A stretch of DNA of 64,000 nucleotides from an uncultured virus (IMG/VR IMGVR_UViG_3300046524_000073) (lineage: Duplodnaviria; Heunggongvirae; Uroviricota; Caudoviricetes). The stretch is from the IMG/VR virus record IMGVR_UViG_3300046524_000073; one strand, 5' to 3'. Shown here piece by piece: positions 17,088 through 27,027 of the stretch. Made by a program: the position numbers and the translations under genes. Below the pieces are notes generated by a model, which saw nothing but the letters and a program-made list of their open reading frames with translations, did not search any database and was not told where the DNA came from. Each line of letters begins with the position of its first letter. The first letter of the stretch is position 1.

Positions 17088-17313
17088 TGCGGTTGAATTA
17101 AGGCGTGAGAAGCCGGATGATACCGCAAGCCAACGAACCTTCCTTACTGGACTGACAGCAATGGGAAATACAACAACCCTGAAAGTATGTTTCGCATCAG
17201 CGCGCCGGAAGTACGGCACCCCGGCGCTCTGCGCGTTTTCAGTAGTCGCACTTGGTTACGGCGCGCTGATTTACTACATATCTCAAGGGGCTGGAGGCCT
17301 CTAAAACAATGTC

Positions 17314-18498
17314 TTATCGGCGCCGAACTGCCCAAATAGTCCCGCCAACAGTCATCGTCCCGCTGAACGTGGGAGCGGACGTGAGGAAGAGGGTTGCCGA
17401 AGATGCCAGCTTTAGCGTGAAGTTAGGGCACGGCATTTCTATGCCGGTACTGGTGCTAACTCCTAATAGAACGCGCTGACCAACAGGAGCTTGTGCGCCT
17501 GTCGTGGTAGTCAGGCCAAAATTGATCCCCGCTGTACCACTGGAAGCTGACCCTGTCCATGAGCACGTCACATCCCACTGCCCAGCAGTCAACGGTATCG
17601 AAGTGACGTTCGTAAGTACGGTGCTTGTCTGCGCCACACCCGAGGCCGTAGCGGTGATGGTTTCCCCAACGCTCCCAGCCTGCGCGCTGTCGTTCGTCGT
17701 CGTGCCGACGATGCCCGCAGTGCTCGACGGCGTGATTGTGTTGGTGGCCTGAAGCGTAGTGAACTTGCCAGTGCCAGGCGCCGTACCGCCGATCGCGGGC
17801 GGAGATGCCAGATACGTGCTGAACCCCGTACCGCTAACCGTACTGCTTGCCGAAAGCGTGGTGAACGAGCCGGTACTGCCGCTGATGGGGCTGTTCGCGA
17901 TACCGTCCACCATCGTCACGACGCCGGTCGAGCGGGTGATCACGAACGGGTTATCAATGCTCGCGCCAGCATCGTTATTGCGTGTGATCTGAAAGTTCGA
18001 GCCGGCGTTTGAGCCGCTGTTCGTCGCGTTGTTACGGATGATGCCCCACATCGTGACGCCACCGGTCTGCAAATACAGATCGGCGGTGTTCGCGTTCACC
18101 GCGTTAACGGTCAGCGTGCCGTCACCGGAAGCAGGCGATACCGCGACAGCGCCGGTGAATGTCGAGCCCGTCAGCAATGCGAAGTTCGATCCGCATGTGA
18201 AGCCGGTGCCTGACGTGTACTTGATCGCGTTGTTCGTGCCGCTGCAACTCGGCATTGCTACCGCCGTCGGCGATGCGCTCGACGCGGTGACGTTCGCAAC
18301 GACCGTGTTCGCTGCCTGCGCGGCGAGCGCGGTCGCAGTCACATTCCCCCACGCTGGCGGAGTGCTCGGCCCGGTTGATACGGCCGCCTGACCGCTCGTC
18401 GAGCCTGCCGGGTTCAGCAACTGGACAGGACTGAGCGTGACTGCGCTCGCCGCCAACGCATACAGCGCCAGCGCGATTGACGCAAAAAATCTTTTCAT
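17314..18498 (-). CDS. Ser/Thr/Gly-rich fibre-like protein with a predicted Sec signal peptide
   Basis: [42 protein letters not shown]-coupled to the tailspike. Confidence 0.75.
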   Translation of the reverse strand: MKRFFASIALALYALAASAVTLSPVQLLNPAGSTSGQAAVSTGPSTPPAWGNVTATALAAQAANTVVANVTASSASPTAVAMPSCSGTNNAIKYTSGTGFTCGSNFALLTGSTFTGAVAVSPASGDGTLTVNAVNANTADLYLQTGGVTMWGIIRNNATNSGSNAGSNFQITRNNDAGASIDNPFVITRSTGVVTMVDGIANSPISGSTGSFTTLSASSTVSGTGFSTYLASPPAIGGTAPGTGKFTTLQATNTITPSSTAGIVGTTTNDSAQAGSVGETITATASGVAQTSTVLTNVTSIPLTAGQWDVTCSWTGSASSGTAGINFGLTTTTGAQAPVGQRVLLGVSTSTGIEMPCPNFTLKLASSATLFLTSAPTFSGTMTVGGTIWAVRRR

Positions 18499-19736
18499 GG
18501 GGATCCTCCGCCGATGGTATTGCCAGTACCAACGTTAGTTACATTATTTGTACAACCTGAATAGAGATTCGATTGAACATTAACTCTAGTTGAACTCACA
18601 TCGAGTTGAACTGCATTTTCCAGGGCAAAGAAAGTATTTGCTGCAATCGTGCCTCCGGCAAGGATGCCTCCTTGAGCAGCATTCCAGTAGATTCCTACAG
18701 TACCTGACAGAACTGCCGCTGCACCAAACTGGTTTCCAACAATCTGAAAGTTACCGTAGTTGGAACCTGTAATTCCCCGAGAGTTTGCGGCCTGCAGAAT
18801 AATAAAATTATTCATAACCATCAACCCTGGGAAAGGTTCATTTAACTGCATCGCAGCTTGAGCGCAGTTAATCTGACAATTTGATACGATCAGTTGGTCC
18901 TGACCACCGGCTCCAAGAGGCGCTTGGATACCAATCTGACCACCCGTAAAATTACACTGGTTAACTGTTACGCCTTGGTACCACTCCAGGTATCCAATAC
19001 CAATATTGAGAATGGTAAAGAAGCAACCAACAAAGTTTGCGGCGACGCCTTGGCAGCTTGCATTCAGGCCGTGGAGTATGACACCGGTTCCTTGTGTTGC
19101 GGTACTACTGCCAACAAAGTTGCAGTTGGTAAAGTTGATATTAGAAACAGCAAATGCATCGACACCAAATGCCCATACATTATTGACACCATAGCCATCA
19201 CTTCCGCGGAAAGCTACATTCGTGATAGAACTCAAGCTCGACAAAGCGGGGTTGGGAATAGATGTCGAGTTCTGATGCAAGAACAACGCCGTTGCAGTGT
19301 TTGCAGTACCACAAGTAAAAGACAGATCTCTAATCTGAACGCTGTTAAATGCCCCCAGATAATTGATTCGCAAACCAATGCTAGAAGAGGGCCAGCACAA
19401 TTCTGTTACGTCTAGACCAGAACCAACGATTGAGATTGAAGCTCCGACATTGGGAAAGGTGTAGGTGATTGTGGAATTGAAAACGTACTTGCCCGGAGGG
19501 AAGCAGATAATCACCCGACCAACATACTGCTCGGCCGCCGACAGTGCGGCATTGAGCGCGGCGGTATTGTCCGTCACGCCATCGTTATTGCCCCCATACT
19601 TGCGGATACTCAACGTTGTAAGATCCCCCACAAATTCGGAAGTCACCAGCTTCGTGGACCTGTCCGTCAACGGTGGTGTGATCGACGTAGGCGCATTATC
19701 GAACGTCGCGTCCTTCATCTTGAATGGTGCGCTCAT
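18495..19736 (-). CDS. Tailspike/depolymerase-like right-handed beta-helix protein
   Basis: [19 protein letters not shown]...FPPGKY motif followed by Asn/Gly-rich beta-helix; visibly AT-richer DNA. Confidence 0.8.
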   Translation of the reverse strand: MSAPFKMKDATFDNAPTSITPPLTDRSTKLVTSEFVGDLTTLSIRKYGGNNDGVTDNTAALNAALSAAEQYVGRVIICFPPGKYVFNSTITYTFPNVGASISIVGSGLDVTELCWPSSSIGLRINYLGAFNSVQIRDLSFTCGTANTATALFLHQNSTSIPNPALSSLSSITNVAFRGSDGYGVNNVWAFGVDAFAVSNINFTNCNFVGSSTATQGTGVILHGLNASCQGVAANFVGCFFTILNIGIGYLEWYQGVTVNQCNFTGGQIGIQAPLGAGGQDQLIVSNCQINCAQAAMQLNEPFPGLMVMNNFIILQAANSRGITGSNYGNFQIVGNQFGAAAVLSGTVGIYWNAAQGGILAGGTIAANTFFALENAVQLDVSSTRVNVQSNLYSGCTNNVTNVGTGNTIGGGSP

Positions 19737-20593
19737 ACCGGATACCCCGCTGCGTTAATCCAGCCAGTAGGCGAAGATGCTTTGGACCAGATTGGAATGC
19801 CCAGCGCGTCATCGCCCCAGAATTGCCAGTCATAACTAGGTGTCGGACGAACAGTTCCGTGTTGCGGAGATAGTTGAAGTGGTCCGACAGAGCCGAACGA
19901 GGGAACGCCGATGGTGCGTACAAGTCCGCCGATTACGGCGACCGTTTGAATTCCAACCGGGATAGTAGGATTGAAGCCAAGCACCCGGCCGACCAATGAA
20001 TAGTCGTTCTGAAATGCGGTATCGAAAAGCACCAGGATGTTGTTGATCGAGCCGTATGTGCCGGCCAATGTGATACTTGTGGTTGTGCCTGGGACGAATT
20101 GTGTGGCGCCAGCCGAACTCATCGACTCACTGGACACCGTTTGCGAAACGCTCACGGTGTAAGTTCCCGTTCCCCCAGCGCCGGTCCCGAGACCGGTGAT
20201 CGTCGTGCCCGCAGTAATGCCGGCACCGTATAGCGTCTGCCCAATCGCGAGAGTTCCACTGGAGACCGAGGTAACCGTCAGCGTTACCCCAGAAATCGAT
20301 CCGGTAAATGACGGACCCGGCGTAAAAACTTCGCGCGCCGCATTGGTGAGAGTCAGATCATTGACGGTCGCATAAACCAGTGCTCCGCTCTGCAGGATCG
20401 CCAACTTCTCCACGCCGGTCAGCGCATTGCGAGCAGGAAGATTCGCGGGATTGACCTTCGCGTTCACATAGGAAGCCAGATTTGCGGCTGGCATCGCTGC
20501 TTCTGTGCCGTTCTGCGATGCGTAATACAGGTCTGCATCATTTGGCGTACCGGCAGATGGGAATTGTTTAAGCTGCTCGCCAGTGACAGTCAT
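19733..20593 (-). CDS. Tail fibre/spike-associated protein
   Basis: [13 protein letters not shown]...[13 protein letters not shown] domain; position in the tail operon. Confidence 0.7.
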   Translation of the reverse strand: MTVTGEQLKQFPSAGTPNDADLYYASQNGTEAAMPAANLASYVNAKVNPANLPARNALTGVEKLAILQSGALVYATVNDLTLTNAAREVFTPGPSFTGSISGVTLTVTSVSSGTLAIGQTLYGAGITAGTTITGLGTGAGGTGTYTVSVSQTVSSESMSSAGATQFVPGTTTSITLAGTYGSINNILVLFDTAFQNDYSLVGRVLGFNPTIPVGIQTVAVIGGLVRTIGVPSFGSVGPLQLSPQHGTVRPTPSYDWQFWGDDALGIPIWSKASSPTGWINAAGYPV

Positions 20594-20608
20594 GTCAGTT
20601 CCGGAAAT

Positions 20609-20631
20609 AAAAAACCGCCCGGAGGCGGTTT
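20609..20631 (-). terminator. Intrinsic terminator (CCGCCCGGAGGCGG core)
   Basis: Same 14-bp core as at 15277 and 22018. Confidence 0.75.
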
Positions 20632-20645
20632 ATTCTGTTGTCGTC

Positions 20646-21062
20646 CTACGTGCCAGACGGATATGGGGGTTTGGACGGCAAGCCATTCGCTGGGTCGCCG
20701 GATGTCGCGCTAACAACCTCGCGGAGCGCCCTGCGATATGCGGTCCATGCGGGAGGGACGGCCACTCCGTTCTCATAGCACCGCAAGATTGTGGTGTCCG
20801 AGGCGTCCAGAGCGGCCATCGCGTCCGCTTGATGGGACGCCCGCGCATCCGCCGCCTGCCGCGCCTCTATCTGCGATGTGGTCGGCGCCGTAAGAGTGTG
20901 ATCGATGACAGTCCAGCCAAGAGGGGCATCTAGACACGCCTGCCATTGCGCGCCGGTAATTTCAATTGCCCGTTCAATGCTTGCCGGTACAGGACTGTCT
21001 TCGCTGTCGTAGAAGGCGACAATCTCGCCGCTAGAACCATATGCCGCGAATTTTTGCCCCAT
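20646..21062 (-). CDS. Tail fibre assembly protein
   Basis: IVAFYDSEDSP...EIT...W; W.AYR.ALR...LPSKP. Confidence 0.8.
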   Translation of the reverse strand: MGQKFAAYGSSGEIVAFYDSEDSPVPASIERAIEITGAQWQACLDAPLGWTVIDHTLTAPTTSQIEARQAADARASHQADAMAALDASDTTILRCYENGVAVPPAWTAYRRALREVVSATSGDPANGLPSKPPYPSGT

Positions 21063-21063
21063 T

Positions 21064-21990
21064 TCATTTACCGAAGGCGAACCAGTTGCAGGCGTGAGCG
21101 CTACGAATGGTCGGCGAACCATTCAGCTGATAGCCATCCACATTAAAGCCAGTCGTCGTAATACTGCTCGGCACGTCAAGAGTGCCGCCAGTCAGGACAG
21201 AAACGGAACTGGGCACAACGCCATAACAGGCATTCGGGAACGCGATCGGGAAAGGAACGGCCACCGAGCCCGCACCACTGGTGCTGGTGGTACCCCATTG
21301 GAAAATGATCCCGTTTGGCAACTTCGTGTAACCGTTGGCTGCCGCGAGCGAAGCAAATTGCCCGAGGTTCACTGCGTGATTGGTTTGGGTTCCTGCTGCA
21401 ACCTGCTGAGAGCCGCCGACACACTCATACAGAATCCAGCACAGGTTTCCGCCATTGAGCAGCGGTGAGACAAAGGAAACCAACGTTGCTAGGCCATTAG
21501 TGGGCAATTCACCGCCTTGCAATGCAGAGCCGGCCAGGCCATAAATTGGCGCAGCAGTTAAACCATCCGGTGCGTAGGTAGATGCGCCCGTATTGGCATG
21601 CGCAATGGCAACTTTCTGTGCAAATCCACTGGCCGTGGGCAGAGCTGCAAGGGGCGCAGGATTGGCTGCTGCATAGGCATTCGCCGTACCTGTATCGGTC
21701 AGGATGGTTGCCGTTCTGGCAGCGGCCGAAACTGCCGCTTGCAGGTTAGCCAACAGAGTTGCTGTCGTGCCATCGTCGATAGCAGTGTGCCCACTGTTAT
21801 TCACGATGAACGAAGCAAGCACGGCAGCCATGATGCTGCTTTGACGCCATACCTTGTTGAGTTGCGCCGACTGCGCGATGCCGGACGAGAAGCCGCCTGT
21901 TTGCCAGGTCGCTCCCAGGTAGGAGGCTTGCGGAACTACGTTTGATCCGGATGCCCCGGCGAATACGAGAAAGTCGTTCTCTAAAGCCAT
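21064..21990 (-). CDS. Tail fibre protein
   Basis: NDFL.FA...SAQLNKVWRQSS N-terminus; GYTKLPNGIIFQWG...FPIAFPN C-terminus. Confidence 0.88.
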   Translation of the reverse strand: MALENDFLVFAGASGSNVVPQASYLGATWQTGGFSSGIAQSAQLNKVWRQSSIMAAVLASFIVNNSGHTAIDDGTTATLLANLQAAVSAAARTATILTDTGTANAYAAANPAPLAALPTASGFAQKVAIAHANTGASTYAPDGLTAAPIYGLAGSALQGGELPTNGLATLVSFVSPLLNGGNLCWILYECVGGSQQVAAGTQTNHAVNLGQFASLAAANGYTKLPNGIIFQWGTTSTSGAGSVAVPFPIAFPNACYGVVPSSVSVLTGGTLDVPSSITTTGFNVDGYQLNGSPTIRSAHACNWFAFGK

Positions 21991-22010
21991 GAATGCTCCG
22001 AGCAGGCAAT

Positions 22011-22034
22011 AAAAAAGCCGCCCGGAGGCGGCTT
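22011..22034 (-). terminator. Intrinsic terminator
   Basis: AAGCCGCC/GGCGGCTT stem plus T-tract. Confidence 0.75.
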
Positions 22035-22052
22035 GCAAGATTTAAATTTGTG

Positions 22053-22811
22053 TCAGGCCGAAACCGGGATAACCCATGCGCCCTGATCGAAACCAGCAAC
22101 GCTGGAACTCCCGCTCGAGCCGCCTATGACAACCGGTTGTCCGGCAGACGTAACAACCTGATCGCCAGCCGATGTCACGACATAGGCAGAAAGAACAGCA
22201 TCGAAACCGAAAACTGGCGTATCTGGTTCGCTAGGGATGGCATAGAACTCGACCAATACGCCTGCGGGCCTGAGATTCAGATAGCCGCCAGCAAAGAGAG
22301 CGAGCGTAACGGCGTTTGGCGTTGGACCAATCAGGACGATGCCCATCGACATGTCCTGGTTGTCCTGAATCAGGATTTCATATCCGAACGCCGAGAACAG
22401 GCCGTTCCAGATCGTGTACGCGCTGGGTACTGTGCCGTCCCATGAATTCGCTGCCATGACCGCGTATAGGAGAATTCGATATGCATCATCTGGCAGAGCA
22501 ACGAGGCCACTGGTCGGGTCAAATGGTCCTAGCCATGTTCCGAGATCGAAGCCGACTCCGTCTGTGTCAAGGCTGAAATACACGCCGACAATCGGCTCAG
22601 ACAGATAGCGGCTTCGACCCACCCACTGCCCAACAACATCCAGTTGCACACCGACCGCAGAATTCAGGTCATACAGCGCGGGAATGCTGCCAAGCGAAAC
22701 CTGCATATCGGCAAGCGGCTGAACGAGTGCAGCCACAGTAGCCATGAAATTCGGCTGTGTGTTGTGCTCCGATGTTATGAGCGAGGTGTACGGAGTGATA
22801 TCGCCGCTCAT
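22053..22811 (-). CDS. Baseplate wedge protein (DUF2612-like)
   Basis: LITSEH...AVGVQLDVVGQWVG...DNQDMS...FGFD. Confidence 0.85.
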   Translation of the reverse strand: MSGDITPYTSLITSEHNTQPNFMATVAALVQPLADMQVSLGSIPALYDLNSAVGVQLDVVGQWVGRSRYLSEPIVGVYFSLDTDGVGFDLGTWLGPFDPTSGLVALPDDAYRILLYAVMAANSWDGTVPSAYTIWNGLFSAFGYEILIQDNQDMSMGIVLIGPTPNAVTLALFAGGYLNLRPAGVLVEFYAIPSEPDTPVFGFDAVLSAYVVTSAGDQVVTSAGQPVVIGGSSGSSSVAGFDQGAWVIPVSA

Positions 22812-22814
22812 AGA

Positions 22815-24227
22815 TCAGGTGTTCAGGATGACGTTAGAAGAGGTGCACTGAGCTGCGGCGTTAAATGTGATCGGTAGATTGCCGGCCAGATACACTAGAG
22901 ATCCATTATTGACTGTCTTTCCAGTCGGGATTGCCGGAATAAATCCAAGTGTTGATCCGGATACCGACGTAATTACGGCCGGAATCTCGGATGAATCGCT
23001 CGCAACGAGCGTGATGGATTTTCCGATTGAATAAGGTGCTGGATTTGCTACCGTGACTGCCGCAGTTCCTGCCACATACGGGCCACCCGTTGTCGTCATG
23101 TCGGAGCGTGCGAGATAGATGGAATCTATGTCGTATGTCTCTGACAGCGCATTGAGTTGTGTCTGGGTAAGGCCCGTTGAGCTTATTGCTGCATTCCCTT
23201 GAAGCCCGGCGGGAGCCAATACCTTATTCAGGTTCACATCCGTGCCGATCTCCAAGCCTTCGATGAATGCCGCTACCGTGGACTGGATAGATGTGCCAGT
23301 CGTTGCAACATATCCCGTTAACGGCGTGATGTTGATCACGGCATAAACCGGAATTTCTGCCAGTTGGAAAAAATTGATTGCCACTGGCACCCCGGCCGGG
23401 TCTTGCACAATGATGCTCGTTGTGCCGTAAGTGTCGGTTCCTGGGGACTTCGTTTTCTCAATTGTCGTTGCAATCGTGGTGGCATCACCACCCTCAACAA
23501 CCACAGAGATCGAGTGCGCCGGTAATCCATTTGAATCAACTATCGACGTCGGATTCTCGTAAATTGCATACCGGCCAACGCCCGAGATGTTCGCCACCTT
23601 TGAGATGATCGAATTCAGTGGCGTCAGGGCGGGGAGCGACGTCGAGATAGTCTGACGTTGGCGCAGCGCAGAATCCGTCTCGACCGGGTTTCCGATGGAG
23701 GCCGCGGCGGGATTGGTAACCGACTGCCATCCGAGCGTGGGCGTCGCAATCTTGGTAACCGTTCCGGCGGCCGCTCCAATTGCGCCGGCGGTGGCGCATG
23801 TGGCAGTAACCGTCACAGTGCCAGTCACAGGAATCGTGACGGAACCCGGCAGATTCCATTGATTCCCTGCTGCATCCTGGACGATGCCGCTAGTGATGAC
23901 CGTGCCAGCCTGTCCAACGATAACTACATTGACGGTCGAAGCAGTCGCAATTTCTCGCTGAATGCCGTTGATCTTGACGACGCTAGACAGGCCAGTGCCC
24001 TGCGCGTAACTGGGCGAAAATGAGTTGTAGACGGCAATCGTGCTTTGATTGCAATCATTGATAGCTTGGGCGAATGCCGCGAGGAGCTGTCCATCCTGGC
24101 TATCTGGCGTTAAGACCGCGTCGCTACCATAGATAGACCAGTATGTGTTTTGCAGCGCGGCGAAGATGTCGTTATAGGACGGCGCCGAGATACCAGTCGC
24201 ATCGATCGTACATGCTAGTGTTGCCAT
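22815..24227 (-). CDS. Baseplate J/gp47-like protein
   Basis: DSQDGQL...ETDSALRQRQ...YEN...LPAHSISVVVEGG. Confidence 0.88.
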   Translation of the reverse strand: MATLACTIDATGISAPSYNDIFAALQNTYWSIYGSDAVLTPDSQDGQLLAAFAQAINDCNQSTIAVYNSFSPSYAQGTGLSSVVKINGIQREIATASTVNVVIVGQAGTVITSGIVQDAAGNQWNLPGSVTIPVTGTVTVTATCATAGAIGAAAGTVTKIATPTLGWQSVTNPAAASIGNPVETDSALRQRQTISTSLPALTPLNSIISKVANISGVGRYAIYENPTSIVDSNGLPAHSISVVVEGGDATTIATTIEKTKSPGTDTYGTTSIIVQDPAGVPVAINFFQLAEIPVYAVINITPLTGYVATTGTSIQSTVAAFIEGLEIGTDVNLNKVLAPAGLQGNAAISSTGLTQTQLNALSETYDIDSIYLARSDMTTTGGPYVAGTAAVTVANPAPYSIGKSITLVASDSSEIPAVITSVSGSTLGFIPAIPTGKTVNNGSLVYLAGNLPITFNAAAQCTSSNVILNT

Positions 24228-24580
24228 CAGAGCGTCGCCGTGATTGTCGTTTGCCCGTATCGGGTATTGATCGTTGCTGCTACTGAAAACTTGCGGGTCG
24301 TCGGATCAAAGGTGCTGGCGTAGTCGACAATCTCAGTCACACCCTGCGTCTCAAGGATGATTTCCTGAATCGCAATGTCTCGGGTTGCTTCGGTTCCGTA
24401 GCCTAGAATCTCTGTGCTGTACGGAACACCAGTCGTCGTATCGAGGAACCATTCGCCGGCGATCAGTAGCAGGCGTGTCTGAACAGCCTGGGCGACCGTG
24501 GCCGGCGTATTAATCAGGAAATTGGCTTGCCCCTGCCCAATCTGGTAGTCGCCCGAAGCGGACAGTTCTCGGTATCTCAT
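24227..24580 (-). CDS. Baseplate wedge/sheath-initiator-like protein
   Basis: MRYRELSASGDY...VAQAVQTRL...GEWFLD. Confidence 0.8.
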   Translation of the reverse strand: MRYRELSASGDYQIGQGQANFLINTPATVAQAVQTRLLLIAGEWFLDTTTGVPYSTEILGYGTEATRDIAIQEIILETQGVTEIVDYASTFDPTTRKFSVAATINTRYGQTTITATL

Positions 24581-24593
24581 TTCGTATGGGCGT

Positions 24594-24615
24594 AAAAAAG
24601 CCCACCGAAGTGGGC
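24594..24615 (-). terminator. Intrinsic terminator
   Basis: GCCCAC-TTCG-GTGGGC plus T6 on the minus strand. Confidence 0.75.
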
Positions 24616-24629
24616 CTATGTTGAGAAAA

Positions 24630-25370
24630 TCAATTGGGCGGCCCAGTGTTGCCGCCTTGCGGGTCTGGGTGCGTATGCGTGCTGTCGATCGCCTTCCCGT
24701 TCGATGTAACCGAACCAATAAAATTGATGATTCCCGTGATGGTTGCCGCGACACCACTGGCAGTGCTGCCCGCCATACCAGCGAGCCACGTAAGCAGGCC
24801 CTGGATGGTCACGGCGCCTGTGAACAGATTCGTCGGAGCATCCACCTCAAATCCGCCCGGCGCAACGATCTTTACCTTCTGCGTCGTCGGGTTCAGATCG
24901 AAATAGGTCGAGCCGTCATTGCTTCGGAGTTGCGTCGAGTTTCCGCTCCAGCCGCCAATCCTCGTCGCCTGACTGAACGGACCCGGAATCGCAAACCCAT
25001 CCGATAGATCATGCATCCGCAGTTCAGCTTGAACCTGAATTCCGCCGGATTGCCACCAGGAGTCGATGCAACGTGACGAGAACACGATCAGCGCTTCATC
25101 TCCCTGAGTGACCGGGAAGGTGAGGGTGCAGCCGCCTCCGCGCGGGAAGCAGACCGGGACATCCACAAGTAAGGGGAGTTGAACCCAGGAGGTGCTACCA
25201 TTCTTTGCGCGGACGAGTCCTTTAATCGCTGGCTGCGCCGTGCAAGTTATGGCGTCTGAATCGAAGCTCTGGATGATCGCCGGGAGCGCTGTCCAGATAC
25301 CCGCTTGATGCCCATCGAGAGCGATTCTCAACGCCTCTTCATGGTCGGCTGAGCGTTCTGATTGGAGCAT
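24630..25370 (-). CDS. Baseplate central spike (gp138/gpV-like)
   Basis: LPLLVDVPVCFPRGGG...RMHDLSDG; C-terminal HTH (HxH) metal site. Confidence 0.88.
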   Translation of the reverse strand: MLQSERSADHEEALRIALDGHQAGIWTALPAIIQSFDSDAITCTAQPAIKGLVRAKNGSTSWVQLPLLVDVPVCFPRGGGCTLTFPVTQGDEALIVFSSRCIDSWWQSGGIQVQAELRMHDLSDGFAIPGPFSQATRIGGWSGNSTQLRSNDGSTYFDLNPTTQKVKIVAPGGFEVDAPTNLFTGAVTIQGLLTWLAGMAGSTASGVAATITGIINFIGSVTSNGKAIDSTHTHPDPQGGNTGPPN

Positions 25371-25376
25371 AGAGAG

Positions 25377-25781
25377 ATGAAGATTTTGTTTGCCGCAATC
25401 TTGATCGCGGGGTTTTCGAATGCCAACGCATCTGGCCTCGATGATCTCGAACCAAAGCCGTCCGCAATTCCTGGGTTACCGGATCTGAAGAGGCCTGTTT
25501 TCCTATCTCCTTCGTCTCTTGTATGCGGGTACAGCGATGACATCGTTGGTGCATCAAAGACTTTCAGAGCGAACGCCATGACGCCACTCTTAACGTCTTT
25601 ACTACAACAGCGAGGCTGTGCATTTTCCGACAAGGCCACGAAGGTGCAGATTGAATTGCCGGATGCCAGATCAGAGCAATACTTCTTGCAGAAACAATGG
25701 CGCTACGTCGCAATCATTTGGCGAGGCGGCAGTGGTCAGAGGTGGCTCGGATATACGATGATCGACAATCTCCACAACTAA
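25377..25781 (+). CDS. Secreted hypothetical protein (antisense moron)
   Basis: MKILFAAILIAGFSNANA signal-like; fills the gap between spike and hub genes on the opposite strand. Confidence 0.7.
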   Translation: MKILFAAILIAGFSNANASGLDDLEPKPSAIPGLPDLKRPVFLSPSSLVCGYSDDIVGASKTFRANAMTPLLTSLLQQRGCAFSDKATKVQIELPDARSEQYFLQKQWRYVAIIWRGGSGQRWLGYTMIDNLHN

Positions 25782-26719
25782 CCAGCAATCTGCACCGACT
25801 CCGATGCTTGGGCCGTTGCATCCACTGCCAGGCAAATCAGGTCTGTGTACCACTGCTGACCGCGCGTATCGCCCTCAGTCTCGCTGACAAGAACACGGTA
25901 GAAGCCTGCTGCTGTAGTTTGAGCTGCCGCAGATAACCCCGTGTAAGTCAAACCCTGCTGCACGACCGTCAGCGTATTGATGTCGGCCTGCTCAATCTGG
26001 ACAAGGCAGCCCACACGAATCAGTGGGTTAAGAAGTGTTCGAGCCCGCACGCCATCTGCTGTAGCTTCCGGGATTCCAATAAGGCCAGTCGTCGATGAAA
26101 GCTTCACCGCCTCGCCAGGCCTGTAGCCTGTCACCGGCACGATTACAACCTGCCCGTTCTGGATGCTCCAGCGGAAACCGTATTTGTTCGACCAGTCTCG
26201 AGCATAATCGCGGCTCATTCCCCACAGCACCTTGCCGCGGGCGAGAGATTGCGCGGGGATGCCGCCGACCAGGCCATTGACGTCTGTGGCGTAAGGCAAC
26301 TTCCCATCAGTCGAGTTCTGCTGGAAGATTGCGGCCAGAACCTGCTCCGGCGTGCTGCCAGCCGCGATCGTCTGATTCAGCAGGCCAAAGTTATAGAACT
26401 CGTCGCCATCGGCCGCCCAGATGTCGAGATACGAGTCGACATTGCGCTCACGCCCACGCATGAACTGCTTGATGGTTCCCTGAAACAGAATGCCGAAGTT
26501 GCCGGTTTCATATCCGGCCTGAAGCGTGATCGTCGTGAACTCACCCTGAATCTTTCTTACTGTCGAATCACTCAGGTTATAGACGCGGACATATAGTGTG
26601 TTTGGCGATTGTGTATCGTGCTGGCGCGTCTCAAACTTGAAGCGAAGTTCGGACAGGTCCAGACCATCTGTCCCGGCAGAGACTATCAGAGTCGCTTTCC
26701 GTCCGAATTGATCGCTCAC
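25778..26719 (-). CDS. Baseplate hub protein
   Basis: VYNLS...LQAGY...WSIQNG...TGLIGIPE...GDTRGQQWY. Confidence 0.85.
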   Translation of the reverse strand: MSDQFGRKATLIVSAGTDGLDLSELRFKFETRQHDTQSPNTLYVRVYNLSDSTVRKIQGEFTTITLQAGYETGNFGILFQGTIKQFMRGRERNVDSYLDIWAADGDEFYNFGLLNQTIAAGSTPEQVLAAIFQQNSTDGKLPYATDVNGLVGGIPAQSLARGKVLWGMSRDYARDWSNKYGFRWSIQNGQVVIVPVTGYRPGEAVKLSSTTGLIGIPEATADGVRARTLLNPLIRVGCLVQIEQADINTLTVVQQGLTYTGLSAAAQTTAAGFYRVLVSETEGDTRGQQWYTDLICLAVDATAQASESVQIAG

Positions 26720-27027
26720 GAGACTATCCAGTACAAGTGGCCCGTAGAGCCCAAGTCATCAAAAGTTGGCACAACATCTGGCGCATTGTCAGTCTGTGCC
26801 ACCAGGCTCCCGCCGAACCCGAGATATGCGTATTGCTCAAGCAGATTAGCGCCCGTAACCATCGGGATTCCGCTAATCATCGGTGTGCCTGTTGCATCTG
26901 CAATATCAATCACCCAGCATGCCGATACCCAATTCCACTTGACCGTGAATTTATACGTCACGCCAGACAGTGAGATGTTGAACGTCTGCGGCGTTGGCGA
27001 TAGCGGAATCTCGTAATACGTCGTCAT
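26716..27027 (-). CDS. Baseplate/tail protein
   Basis: EIPL...Q.F...GIPMVTGANLLEQY. Confidence 0.8.
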   Translation of the reverse strand: MTTYYEIPLSPTPQTFNISLSGVTYKFTVKWNWVSACWVIDIADATGTPMISGIPMVTGANLLEQYAYLGFGGSLVAQTDNAPDVVPTFDDLGSTGHLYWIVS

